The translations under genes and the position numbers were made by a program. 32,549 nucleotides of DNA from Spirogloea muscicola (Eukaryota), in contig WELB01000016.1 of assembly GCA_009602725.1 (NCBI GenBank), positions 758,122 to 790,670 of the forward strand, written 5' to 3'. How positions within the stretch are numbered: position 1 is the first letter of the stretch; each line of letters starts with the position of its first letter. The notes beneath the pieces were generated by a model. That model made no database searches, was not told the DNA's origin, and saw nothing but the letters and a program-made list of their open reading frames with translations. This document shows positions 10,382-28,421 of the stretch, piece after piece.

Positions 10382-13300
10382 TCACGAAAACTTCACAGTC
10401 GTCAATGGTGCTGGCAAATGGTTGGCAACTGATTGCAGCAGAACATCCTTCTCTTCTGGATGATTCTCCAGCTTGCAGTCAGCCCATGTGGTGTTGCGGT
10501 CATGCGCCAGCGACTGCACACGTGCCAGCAGCTCATGAGCAATTAATCAGCAACCATACCCACAACTCGCCCTCCAAAGAATTCGCCACTAATTGGCACA
10601 AGAGCATGAGCCACACATCACCAACAAAATCCATGTCAGATGCTTGATTAACTTGGAGAAAGCAACCAAGGTGTTCGTAGTACATCTTCCTAAGAGTGTT
10701 AAGGCATTTGACACATCACACTGCAGACAAGGGCTCAGTAGTATGTCCACCCAGATCTGCCACTCTTGGCTGGAATGCTTGCTGAGACATTTCGGTGTGT
10801 AAAATGCTATACACGGATCTTACCTGACTATGAGCGCGGAAGTACATAAAGGGCGTATAGCGAAGGAAATTGGACACTCGTGATGTGTAGATATCCGCAT
10901 ATCTTAGCACATGAAGCAGAAGACGATTATGTGAGAACTTTCAAGGGTAAGACTATCCGTATCTGCAATTACTATTTGTTGCAGATTACAATGCACGCAG
11001 ATAAACCCCTTATCAGGAAGCAGTCCCACACTGCAGCAGAAGTTGGTCCAAGCGGGTAAATGTCCAGAGCTTGATTTGGCACAGGTATCAGTGACTGATT
11101 TGGAGAGAATCTGTACTCACTTTTCTGTTTGCCTAGTAAGGTGACTCTTGTCCCAAAGGCCTGAACGGGAAAGGTAACCCCACCTGGTCCAACAGAGAAA
11201 AGCAACTTCATGATCATCTACCAGCTGACATTTTACAGCTAACTTTGCTTGCAGTAAAGGTGCACTAATCGGGTCAAATGACGTGGTTCTCTCAGGGGTC
11301 CACCATACCGATGCATAGAAACACACAACAGCAGCCACATGGTCATCCAGACCTGGAACTGAAGTAGTGACCATCATGCTCCAGCATGGGGGCAATCACA
11401 TGGTCCAGGCGCTCCATGAGCACCAACAACCGCTGCATGTTCTCCGTAAGCTCAACATCGCTCATCCTGGATGCCTCCTTGGTCTGTAGACTCAAACTAC
11501 ATATTGTCAACGAAGGACCATCATGAAGTGACTGTTACTAGAATAAGCACAGGACAGACATAAGTCGACCAGAACATGCATCATTCCTGAGCCTGCAGAG
11601 AACAGGTAGAACATGCTAAATCCACTGAGTCAAGTCAAGCAAAGCAATAGTATGCATTACTGCAATGTAGACATGTACTGGAGCTTTCACGATACACGTC
11701 CTCATGACTGCTGCAAATGCAACTAAGAGTACACAATACCAACTGGGATAGAAACTGGACTTAGGCTGCTCTGGACAAGAACCTGCGCTTGCTTATCAGT
11801 ACTTCGCCGCTGCAGTGCCAGACGAAGTTGATTGAAGACGTCCCCAAGTGTGTCTTTCCGTGCCATCAGCTCAATCAGTTTCTCCCTGTGTTCCCTTCCT
11901 TTCTCCAAGGCATCAACCTGCACGCAATGTCGAATTGACAATCAGTATTCAGTATTTCTAGCTTCAGCTTAGAACTGGGTGCCAAGTGAGTCGTTGTTGA
12001 CCCATTGCAAAACGATCACCCTTGGAGATGTAGTCCTGATGCTAAATGTGTTGTTTTGCTGTCATTCTACTGCAACAGCGTCCCTTTGATAATCTTCTCC
12101 TGATGCCCTTCAAGTTCAAGCACTTCAAATGATACAAGCTGCTAGTATATACTTCTATGTCCAACAGAGGAGGACAAGTTTCAATGAGCTGCTTAGAGTG
12201 TGTTCTTAGGTCATAAGTCACCGTCAAACATCTTGTTGGAAGGACTCAGCACAGCACAGCCTGCTCGTTTTCAGCACATGCTCATCATTTGCCTAAGGAT
12301 CGGACGCTAAGGTGACTAACCTCCTTCTCAAGCTCACGCAAGATGAGAGCTGTGCGCCATCTCAAGTGGACTTTAGATTGGCTCACATCTGTATATATGT
12401 GGTCTCCAACGTACAAGGTCTCCTGCCCTGCAAAGCCCAGTGCCTTCTCAACCATTTGTGCGCTTCCCCCACAGTAGAGTCCCCCTGCAATCATTAGAGG
12501 GGTACTTCAGTGATACGAAAACCTGCGCACATAGAAGATCCTATGCTTCACGTACTTCGCAAGCAAGTCAGCATACAAAAAATTTTGGGTCAGAATACAA
12601 CCTGAGCTTGCCTTGAAGCAAGGCCGCATAAGACCATCTTCAGTCACAATCTCATACAGTGGGTGATTCTTAGAGAAGAAGTCTGGCTTTTGAGCTGACA
12701 CAATTACCTACATAACATACGTCACATTTTAGTGCACTGAAAAACCACTGTATCACTTAGCATGTAACATACAGCTGCAAGAGGCAGACATTGCCAACTG
12801 CAGAGTCCAACTGTTGATACTAAATCGACCAGAGGGTGAAGAATCAGGTTGGCACAGCTAAAGGGCAAAGAGTGGCTGGAAGTCCATGAACTTAATGTAG
12901 GGTGGAAGCAGGATGACCCAACAGGAGTTTCCAGCTACCCTGGCTTGCTTGATGCTTTGTGAGCAATATATCGTGCATTTTGCATTCAGTCAGCAAAGGG
13001 GTCACAGTGATGGTGGTAAACCATGTCAAAGAGCTTTCTCCACTTGATGCCATTTGGAAGGAAGCGATCGAAAGAATGCTCCATCATTGTTCTGGTGTAC
13101 TGGTAGTCAGAGTTGGTAATCAGTAGTAATCTCTTCCCCGCCTGGAATGTTGTGTGAAACAAGTCAGCAGATCAATCTCCAATATCATCAGTTGTCTAGT
13201 TAGTAGTGGGCTTGCGCAGCTCAGATGGCACACTGCAGGCTGATAATGTTTACCTCCTTCTGATCAAGGAGGGCCATAGGTAGCTCTGGGTCCAGTTCAA

Positions 13301-15966
13301 CAAATTTGTCAGGCGCGTTGATTATTTCTGCCTGCATCCAATCCTCTCAAGTCAGCTTAAGCTGCAGAGCCGGTAAATGGCACAGTGCTACGTGTCTGCA
13401 AGTGCCTTAATTGCTCATACAAGTATCGCTGCTTGATCACTGCCAACTCATATAGATATTTGCAAAAGAGCCCTCGATGAAACAATATGCAATTGAACGC
13501 TCTAGAAAAGTGCGACAGCGCAGGTGCAAAGGCTATCCAGTTGCCGATTCATTCTGCAGATCGTGGGAGCTTTGAGTAGCTAAGCTGTGTACTGAGTTGC
13601 TACAGCATTGCAATCTGCTGTGACTAGCTGACCTTCAACTGGCCTTCAACGTGTGCCCTGAATAAAGCCTTGGAGACAACCTGTCATGATGCATGACATG
13701 TTTTGAGAACATCAATAAGGCTAGCCTGTAAAATTAGCAGCCATGAAAACCTTCGCAAACCAGGCTCAATACCAGGAATAGCACCTTGAAAAGGCCCTGA
13801 TAGTCTTGAGGACCTATGTCAGGCGGCAGGCGGCCTGCATCCAACTGCTCCACCATTTGCATGTACATGACAGCCTCGCTGACAGAGAACAATGTGTTGA
13901 GAAACTCCCATCTGTGCTCATCCCTCAGATCCACAAATTCTCTCCCATACGCTCCACTGCATTGCGCAATACATGACATACACATTCACGAATGCATTCA
14001 CTCCATAACGACTTTGACATCAAAAGCATCGAGCTCTTACAAAAATGTCTGCATCCCATATGCTCATGCAATGCCTTTCCTCGCTAAGTAGTGGTAATTC
14101 CTCACTGAAAGTGGTAAGTGGACCCGCTGAAGTAAAATTTGCTGGTCGACAAGAGCACAGGCAAGTGCAACCTCGGAAGTCATCACATGGCACGTCTTGG
14201 ACATTCACCTGATTGCTCGGTTGGATAGCATCTGAGTCCCATGCATAGCCCTCTTCACATAACCGAACCTGTCTGCTTTCACAAGGTTTCCATTTTCTTT
14301 GTCTACAATCAGGCCCCTTATCACCTGAGCACAATGCAATTGAATACTCGACTTTGTTACTGAATGTGTGGGCTGCACTTTCGTGAGCTTGACATAGATC
14401 TCCTCAAGCTACGATCAAGTCAAACCGTGGCTACATCATGGCTACTACAGGATCTCGGTGGAAAGAACACGCCTCAAAGCATAAAGTCTGAAATTTGGTG
14501 TAAGTTCCATAAATCCTTGACAAGCTGGTGATGCACAACTTACCAGGTCAGGGTCAAACTTAAGCCCATCAACTGGGTACCCTTTTGCCCGCAAGTTGGC
14601 CATGCCGTAGTCATAAGCCCTACCTTCCCAAGCCTACAATCAACTGCAAGGATTTGTGAGGACCTCAACCAAGAGTAGTCCTTGTTCATGTCCAACAAGC
14701 CATTCACATAGCATCACCAGCACAAGCATGAAATCTTAGATACTGACATCCTGCCTTGATAAGCTGAAGCTGACTGCATTGCCAAAGCAGAGGAGGTTAC
14801 ATGATGCTTTTGCTTTTTAGGGCTTTGCTTACGTTCACATTGTAGTGGATGAGCGTATAATCCATGTCATATCCTATTGTGGTTATGGAGCGCAGATTCA
14901 AAGTCCTGCTACAGTAGATCCCTCTGGAAGCCAGGCCATAAGGGAAACCAGCCTGCAATGTGCAGTGATGCATATGAGCATTCTTCATGTGTAGATCAAT
15001 AAGCACATTCGCAACCCCTTGCTAGTCATCGGACAGCAAAGTGCTTTCAAATCTTACCAAGCTTAACGCATCAGATATTCAGGGGCATCTAGACCTCAGC
15101 TGGATGTAATCATCACAAGCGAAATAAGACCCCAATAGTGCCCTTCACAACAAATGTCTGACCCCGTTATGATCAGTCAAGACCTGTTTGTGCCCAAGCT
15201 AGACCCTCTGTGTTAACTGTCCTTCTGAGTCAAGCAGTACGGCGGGCAGAGGTCGGTTGGCACAACCGAGATTGATAGTCTGTCAAGTAGGTCCTCTGCA
15301 TCTCTTGTCTCCTCTTTTGAGACTGTCTCAATGTCGCCATCCTTCAATGGTGTGACTCCCTCATTCTCTGGAATCAGGGACAGGCAGAGGAGGAACAGAT
15401 TGACAAATATCAGACGTGCCCATTGGATGGCGAGGCACTGGTACTGTCTTGTCAACGACAGCAACTTGTTGGCAACTTATTGTATCCTAACAGTGGTCGT
15501 CAATTGAAGCCAACTCACCCCATGTTTCCCACTGCCGGCGGTGGAGCTTCATGTCGCCCTTGGTGCTCTCGCCAAGGTAATCTATGTCAAACTTGCTGTG
15601 CTTGGAGGTCGTCACGACCTCGAAAGACCTTTCCATGAGGCTCCCCTCTGGTAATGTAGGTGGGGCCGCAGCTCCATTGCCTTGACCGTCGCCGCTGCCT
15701 GTCTGAGCCCCCTGCAGTGAGTCTCTAGGACTGCTGCTTGCACTCCTGCCAGCCCTGATTGGCAGAAGTTTGAGGCTTCGACTACAGAAGTACCACTCCG
15801 ACGTCCGCTCCGACCGTCTCGCACGTACTTGCTGCCGTTTGGTTGGGCCGACAAGCTGAGCACGCCGTTGACAGCCATGACAGGGGCCTGCTGACGAGTA
15901 CTCGATGACGATCATAGCTCCCCCTCTGGCATACTGCAAGGTAAGGGATGATTGGACCGCAGCCAT
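10382..15966 (-). CDS. HAD-superfamily subfamily IG 5'-nucleotidase (cN-II/NT5C2-like), probably organelle-targeted. Exons: 15519-15966, 15267-15367, 14833-14952, 14544-14633, 14209-14324, 13785-13956, 13633-13680, 13254-13331, 13022-13141, 12602-12707, 12321-12484, 11783-11917, 11353-11483, 11121-11183, 10824-10902, 10382-10513
   Basis: HAD motif I GYDMDYTL, RGLIVDKENGNLVKADRFGYV, motif II LLITNSDYQYT, motif III AQKPDFF, motif IV YVGDHIYTDV..SK, WRTALILRELE and YADIYTSRVSNFL. The N-terminus is Ser/Arg-rich and transit-peptide-like. Intron phases are consistent. Confidence 0.93.
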
Positions 15967-16019
15967 CGTTGGTGCCCCTTCTCAAGGAGCTAGCCTGGTC
16001 CTGATGGAGGTCGAGCCCA

Positions 16020-16410
16020 GCGGCCGCTGTGCTAAGTAGGCGTCAGGACGAGCGGTGGCAGAGCCGCAGTTTCCCCGCGGCTCAACGTGCGGACGCTCAT
16101 TGCCAGGAACGGAGGCCGAAGGGATCGTCCTGCGTCGCCCGACGCACACGCCTCACAGGAGCTCCAAGGCGGGCTGCTGCCTTGGAGCTTTGCTGCCGTG
16201 GAGGTCATGGACGCAGCGCTCGCACGGCGGCCCGGGAGCAGTCGCGGCGGCGAGAGACGAAGCCGCCGCGGAGCTCGCGCGCGGGCTCTGGAGGCCGCCG
16301 CTGCGCGCGCGGCGGCGNAGCAGCGCGGCGGCGTTGCCAGTGCCAGGCCGCCCAATGGCGTGCCAACGGGAGCCGCCCATTTCTATTGTAGCGGGCACGC
16401 CCCGACGGTA
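16020..16410. promoter_or_regulatory. CpG island at the 5'-nucleotidase 5' end
   Basis: Very GC/CpG-rich tract (gccgccgcgg, gcgcgcggcggcg) directly upstream of the ATG at 15966. Confidence 0.55.
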
Positions 16411-16559
16411 AGAGCCGAAAACAAACAACAAACCAGAACTTAACCACAACACTAAGCGGACAGCCACGTCATGGGCAAGCAATTTCTTTCCTGGCAGTCT
16501 CGTGCCAGCTTTCCCAAGCACCAAAAGGAACTAAGCAGTACAAGCTGCTCAGTAAGAAG

Positions 16560-17400
16560 AATTGCGCGCCCATAGAGAAGAGGGGCTGGCCAAGCCAGCC
16601 CAAAAAAGAATGGACAATGTCCAAAGCCAAACAAAGAGGAGCCGGAAACAGCACTCAGTAAGCCCTGCTAAGCAGCCTCAGGTCAGAGAAACTTGGCTCC
16701 TGGAAGCGTACTTTTGTTCATTCTTTCTTGGGCTGGCATTCCCCAGCCCCTGTCCTCAATGCCCCTTTGCTGTAGCCTCTTGCATACTGTGCTTTTTGGC
16801 TGGCTGCTTAGCAGGGGTTACTGAGTGCTCGTAGCTGCTTCGTTACTTTTCATTTTCCGGCTCCTCTTTCTTTGGCTTTGGACATTGTCCATTCTTTTTG
16901 GGCTGGCTTTGCCTGCCCCTCTTCTCTATGGGAGAAAGGACTACGCTTCGTAGCTGCTTCGTATCTTTTTTCGTGAATGTTGTTCTTCGTACTTCCCCTG
17001 GCCCCTTTGTTCAATCTTTTTTGGGCTGGCTCTTTCCAGACCTGATGTTGCTCACTCGTGGGTACTGAGCTACCCTCTGCATCGTCTATGTGTTCTGATG
17101 TGTTTTGTAGTGTAGTCCCTTTTCCGGCTCCTCTTTTATGGGCGCGCACTTCCTTTTCCAGCCCCTATCCTCAATGGGCGAGCCCTTCATTTCGGCCCTC
17201 TGACCATTGTACGTTTTTTCTGGGCTGGCTTTCACGGCCTCCACCCCCTTTGGAAGCGCTCACGTTCCCCTGTCTGTGTATTGGCTTGAATTGGCCTCCC
17301 TTTTCATTTCATGCGCCCCGCGCGCCTTTCTCCTGTCTGCTCTCGGCTGGCTTTCACAGCCCCTATCCTCAACGGGCGAGCCCTTTCTTGTCTTTCACAG
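16560..17400. mobile_element. Cluster of a modular dispersed repeat (GGGCTGGC core), probable non-autonomous TE
   Basis: Repeated tttt-GGGCTGGC modules (16583, 16730, 16900, 17022, 17222). Direct repeat cagcccctatcctcaa(t/c)gggcgagccctt at 17159 and 17357. Segments are shared with 25.5 and 26.1 kb. Confidence 0.55.
16569..16932. repeat. Long foldback (inverted repeat) in the divergent nucleotidase/RAD54B intergenic region; possible MITE-like element
   Basis: 16569-16648 is the reverse complement of 16854-16932 (3 mismatches and 1 indel over ~80 bp). Inner arm 16650-16677 pairs with 16802-16829 (1 mismatch in 28). Confidence 0.9.
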
Positions 17401-17509
17401 CCGCCCCTTGGAATCAGCAGCCGCCTTCTCTCCGGGGCCTGGTTTTTGGCGCCCCTTGGCCCGTTCGAATATACGAACAACCGAAGGAGACCGGCCTTTC
17501 CTGTGGCCT

Positions 17510-17660
17510 CGCACGCCGTCTGACGAGGAGCCGCGGCGGCCGCGCACCAGGCCGCCAGCGGCGTTGCGCGGCAGCCGCCATGGCTGGCCCCCGCCGCAGC
17601 TTCCCGTCGGCGCCTCCCTCCGGCCGGCCGCCGAGGCTGCCCTGGGGCGCTGGTCTCCAC
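17510..17660. promoter_or_regulatory. CpG island upstream of RAD54B
   Basis: GC/CpG-rich tract ~450-600 bp before the ATG at 18103. Confidence 0.5.
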
Positions 17661-18102
17661 TCCCTCCTTCGGCTGCTGTAGTAGAAATCCTGCTCGCAGA
17701 GTACCCGTGTCTGCGCACTTGGAGCACCGCTGCTCCACGGCGCCACGCTTCGTCTCGTGGCTTCAAGACGGCAGCCGGGCAGTCGAATGGGGTGATGATG
17801 AGTGGCAAATCCATGTCAGCTACGAGGTCTACCTCAGAACCTTCTGGCTGTGTTGTTGCGTCTGCCTTCTCATCAACCTCTTACGTGCTCCCCGATTATC
17901 CAGAACAAACAGAAATCTTTGACATCGAATTGTGGTCAAAGAAAGTGTAACGCTTGCTACATTGCTCTCTGATGCCCTCAATGTGGGCCTGGCCTAACAC
18001 GCCATGGTGTCTACGTTGGCAGTTGTCACCTTACATCAGCGTTCATGAGCGCTCGTCTTAGTGGCTTGAGGACGAAGAAAGAGGAAACACTGCGGAGAAG
18101 CA

Positions 18103-23945
<5,843 letters not shown>

Positions 23946-24599
23946 CTGAATGCTTGCAGTGGAGGTACAGCTCTTGCTTAACTGCCATCATTGGGTGGAC
24001 CTATTGTGAACAGTTAATAAGGCTGCCTCAACAGCAGTGCTAATCTGGGGTGTGACAGAGGTTGGCGTGTGCAAGAAGAACCAAGAACCCATCATTGCTG
24101 GATCCTGTGCAGCCAATGAAATCATTGACAACCTCCCCCAAGAGACTTGGCCAGTTGCTACTGGACTCGCTGTTGGCTTCAGCTCAACTGTGGATAGTGG
24201 TGCCGAGACTGCAGCTCACACAAAATAGGGCACTAGCAACCACTGAGTCGAGTGGATTCACAATGTATAGCGCCAATTTAGGGAGGCCTTTTTCCCGCTT
24301 GGAAGGAGGTGCTGACGAGCGTCTGCGAGCACTTGAGGTAGCCCTTATAATGCAACTAGGGAGACACGTGTGGGTGATAGTGCATCATCTCTATCGAGCC
24401 CCTGCATCATCTAGGCTCGTCTCAGCGACCCTTGGACAAGCTTAATTTTATTGATCAAGCACATGTGTCATGTGAAGCAGGAGAGAAGGCTATTACATGG
24501 ATGGCCGGCCCCATGGCTAGCCTAATGGAATGGATGCAAGCTATGAGACCTACTTCAACCCAAGGGCGATAATATGGCTAGTCTGCGAAGCAATGTGGG

Positions 24600-25140
24600 T
24601 GAGCAGGCACCAGCAGTAGCAGAAGCATAGTGGCAGAGCAAAACCAACTGCTCTCAATAGCAGGACGGGGTGTGGTCACCATGCAATCAATAAGCTTCCT
24701 CTGGCAGCCGGATACAGACTTGCCAATGACGTGGCATTCCCAAGGTAAGGTGCGTGTGCTTAAGGTAAGGGAGCATAACGCGGAGTGGAGAGCTTTAACA
24801 GACTCGAGTAGTCCACCATAGTGAGATACTTTCATTAGTACAGCCGCAGATACATTACTATTGAGGGGAAAACACAGAAACTTAGGTGGTGGGTGCACAC
24901 GGGGCAGAACTGGCACACATGCATTGGTCTGTGGGCCAACAGAGCTGGAGGTCGTGAAAGGCCAGCATAGAAGCAAAAGCCATGGCCTGCACACATAGGC
25001 GCTTCCTTCTGCGAAGTGCTCAATGTCTTGTTACTTTCGAATTGTCTTTCAAATTGAGGCATTGTGCAGGTGTACGAGAACATGTATTCGTCAACCAGGA
25101 AATTGGCACAGGATAACAGTAGACGTGCCCTGTTAGCGAA
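24600..25140 (-). mobile_element. Possible highly decayed non-LTR reverse transcriptase remnant
   Basis: Across frames, with roughly RT-like spacing: IR*QG / LLS..NFLVDEYM, SMLAFHDLQL (FADD-like), PLNSNVS, YLG/LGMP, VIGKS...KLIDCM. Many stops and frameshifts. Confidence 0.3.
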
Positions 25141-25224
25141 TGAGCATGAAAGGATTGAGTGCATGCACCACCACATTTGCAGAGACTCAGCGGGCGTCTC
25201 AATTGCTGCCACGTCTTTGAGTCA

Positions 25225-26235
25225 GTGCAGCGGAAGATAGTAAGAAACAGCTCTCACAAAGTAAGGCAGTAGCTGTGAGAGGCCAGCCCAAAGGAAGAAG
25301 GAAAGACGCAGCCAGTAGAGGGCGGTGGCTGTGAGAGGCCAGCCCAGATGATGAAATGAACAAAATTCGAAGGGGCCAGAGAAATGACATGGACAAGTTG
25401 CAAAACCGCTGGCTAGCCGGTCTGTGAAACGAGCAGACTGTAGTCAGTGCATCTACCTCCAGCTCACGCTTAGAAGAAAGACGCTTCCAATTGGGGGAGG
25501 GAGAAAAGGAGGCCAAGAATTGGCCTCCCTTTCAATTTCATGCGCACCGCGCGCCTTCTCTCTTCCAGGAGAGGGCGGTGGCTGGAGAGGCCAGCCCAGA
25601 GAAAAGAATTATTAAGCTACTACTCTGAGAAGCTGAATTTTCTTGGTGCATTGGGATAGGGTCCGCTTGCATTGCAGGCCTTATCAGTGCGGCAGGGTCG
25701 CCATTATTACGAAGTAATTCAGGAAGACGAGACTTTGGACTCCAGTTTCTCCTTATCTGCTTCTTACTGTTGTTTGTCTGTCTTGCTTGCTCAGGAGCTC
25801 TCAGGTCGCCGCCAAAGCCAGGTCGCCGCCAAAGCCTACTTGTGTCGCCAATAGCTGCATAAGGTCAAGTCTTCTGGATTAGCTTCTCAGCGCAGCGGTC
25901 GCCTTGCATCTGTGAGCAGTTCAGGCGTTGGGCGCCTCGTAAAACCAATCCCCACAGGTCGATTGCTTGTTTCGAGCGTTCTACTTATCCAGATGTATTT
26001 CGTTGACCGTGGCCACTGAGCTGCATTGCACTTGATCGGACTTGATCGGACTCGGACTTGATGTCGGACTCGGACTTGATGTTGCTCACTCGCGGGTACC
26101 GAGCTTTCATCTGCATCGTCTCGTGTTTACTTGTGTAGTTTTCTCTTTCTGCACCTTTTTCGGCTTTGGATATTGTCCATTCTTTAGGGGCTGGCTTGGC
26201 CAGCCCCTCTTCCCTAAGGGCGCGCCATTTTCTTG
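25225..26235. mobile_element. Second cluster of the same modular repeat family
   Basis: 25517-25562 matches 17288-17333 (gaattggcctccc...catgcgc.ccgcgcgcctt). 26078-26140 matches 17044-17115 (gatgttgctcactcg.gggtac.gagct...ctgcatcgtct). 26160-26225 matches 16872-16932. Direct repeats agagggcggtggctg(t)gagaggccagcccaga at ~25317 and ~25570. Confidence 0.6.
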
Positions 26236-26569
26236 CAGCCACCCCGTTCTTGTCCTGCGTGATGGCCTGTCCAAGTCGAGTTCTAATTGGTGCTTGTTGA
26301 TGGGGCTCCTGACCACAGGCTCACCAGCTGCACTGCAGGCCCCCAGGAACTAGGTTGCCACACGCTACGTATCCGGCCCTTCGCTGATTGTTTCTCTTCC
26401 TCCGCCCAATTCAATGTAGTTGGCGGGAAAGTGCTAAACTATATGGCCCATGACGTGCGCCCTTGCCTCCGCGTGACGGATTCATCACCTTGTTCATTCA
26501 TTTGCGCTGGCTTGTTCTATGTCTTTCTTGAATACAATTACGTCAATGCGCGGGCGCTGTTTCGGGCAG

Positions 26570-26950
26570 ATCCCGACACGGCGCCGCGCCTGGATTTAAG
26601 CAATCCGGGACTCTCTGCTTCGAAGGCTGGGCATGCAGCAGCGATCCCGCCCGTGGCAACGAGGCCAATTACGCAAACAAGACAAAAAAAGGACGAGTTC
26701 GTTCAAGTGGCCATCGATGTGCATGGGCTTTAAGGTCTCAGTAATTAACTTAGACCTGTTGACCCGGCTTGCGCGACGCACTGTGTTCCGCAGGCCAGCT
26801 TCACCGCCGCTGGATTGCTAGCCGCGGTGTTCCGCATGCGCCTGTCCATATACCTCCAGCGGTCCATGGCCCACGTCTTGCATCTGCGTGCTGGCCGTGC
26901 TTTAGCTGCAGCCTCGGGCTTTTGTATAGGAGACTGCTCTCCGGCGGCTA
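26570..26950 (+). mobile_element. Decayed C-terminal restriction-like endonuclease fragment of a CRE-type non-LTR retrotransposon
   Basis: Frameshifted translation gives LDLSNPG..SKAGHAAA / ARGNEANYA / DEFVQVAIDVHG / DLLTRLARR / AAVFRMRLSIYLQRSMAHVL. This follows the CRE-like pattern G.AA..A...K..KY...F.P.A.E..G...L..LA...RLS..LQR..A. Recognised by eye only. Confidence 0.55.
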
Positions 26951-28287
26951 GTCTTGACTGTGAGCACCTTGGTGGGATTTCTCCATCCAAGGTGGCTGGA
27001 CACATCATTTAGGGATCAAACCACGTTTGGATGTCCTCTTCATCTCCCTTGGAGGTCTTGGCCGTGCATGGTTGTCTTATCCAATGCGCCTCCATGTCGG
27101 CCGCAGTGCTATAGTGTGCTCAGCAGTTCGTGTCGTCTGCTGCAGGGTGGCCGTAGTAGTAACGCGCTCGGCAAAGTGGCCAGCATTGCCGTGCTCTGGT
27201 TGCCCATCATCACGGGCTGATACTTGGCCAAAGCTGCAGACAGGCGCTCCATCATTGCTTGGAATCACGGGAATTCCTTTGATCTTAATCCATAAAGGAT
27301 CACGTAGGTGCTGTGTGTAGCGGCTGCTTGACGAAGGTCCTTCTTATGGAGCAGGATTCTCATCACATAAGTGCCGTCATTCAGTCTGCAGGCGACCATC
27401 AGCGCGCGTGAGGTACCCGGCAGATGCAACCGATGCAGCTGGAAACTGTGGCCTACACAATGGTGAAAGCTCTCTACTCTCTTCTTTTCTCTACTCTACT
27501 CTCTTCACTTTTCTAATTCTAGAACCCCCCGCCCAGAACAACATCACAAGGTCCATGACCTTATGGCGGATGCATGGGCACCCACCTCGCGGCAGCTTTG
27601 ATGAAGCTTTGATGACTGGTGGCCTCTCATAGCCACCAGTTGGCTTGGAAGAGCTGTTCTTCTTACCTTGATGAAGCAGATGCCGTGCAGCCCATGCATG
27701 GCCGACTTAAGACGTGGTTTATTGCATCTACACGAAGTTTCTGACACATAATCGCGCAATGACGCCGTGAACGGTCTATGTGGCGGCGCAGATACATCAT
27801 GTGGTCCCAGCGTCTGGCAGTCTATGTGCCCCTTTTGTTCAGTCTTTTTCTGGGCTGGCCAAAACCAGCCATCTACTAGAAGAGTTCTATTTTATCGCTT
27901 GGGCTGGCCTCTCACAGCACTGCCTTACATTGGAAGAGCTGTTTCTTGTCTAATGTTTTTATGCACGTAAGTTCGTCTGTGCAAGGGAATCTACGTGCTC
28001 TCTCGCATTGTGTCTGTGTTGTAGCCAACTCAAGCACATCCAGCGCCATTCCACGAGCGCCATTGTCCGTTGCAATTCGCATCTGCACTTAGGTGAAGCA
28101 GCAGTGATCAATAGCTCCATTACATTTGCTATTAGAGTGACGGACCCGTCACACCAACGACGCCCGTCAACGTCCGTCTGAGAAGACAGATGAACTGTCT
28201 CCCAGGACAGGGACAAGGGCCCGCCCCGTGACAGCCGCCGCCATCCGCGGCGCCGCGCGCGGGCGCCACGGCAGCGACGGCGGCGGC

Positions 28288-28421
28288 NNNNNNNNNNNNN
28301 NNNNNNNNNNNNNNNNNNNNNNNNNNNNNNNNNNNNNNNNNNNNNNNNNNNNNNNNNNNNNNNNNNNNNNNNNNNNNNNNNNNNNNNNNNNNNNNNNNNN
28401 NNNNNNNNNNNNNNNNNNNNN
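28288..28421. other. Assembly gap (N run) within a GC-rich island at the Apple-like gene start
   Basis: 134 N flanked by ggc/gcc repeats. Confidence 0.99.

Noticed and set aside
16560..17400. CRISPR-like or REP array interpretation of the spaced palindromic repeats
   Set aside because: Irregular spacing, mixed orientation, degenerate units, eukaryotic context and no cas or transposase gene.
16029..17814. Many overlapping ORFs on both strands
   Set aside because: They arise from CpG islands and the repeat cluster; no recognisable motifs.
27027..27320. ORF with LFISLGGLGRAWLSYP resembling an upstream CRE motif
   Set aside because: Similarity is too weak, and it lies downstream of the endonuclease fragment, which is the wrong order.
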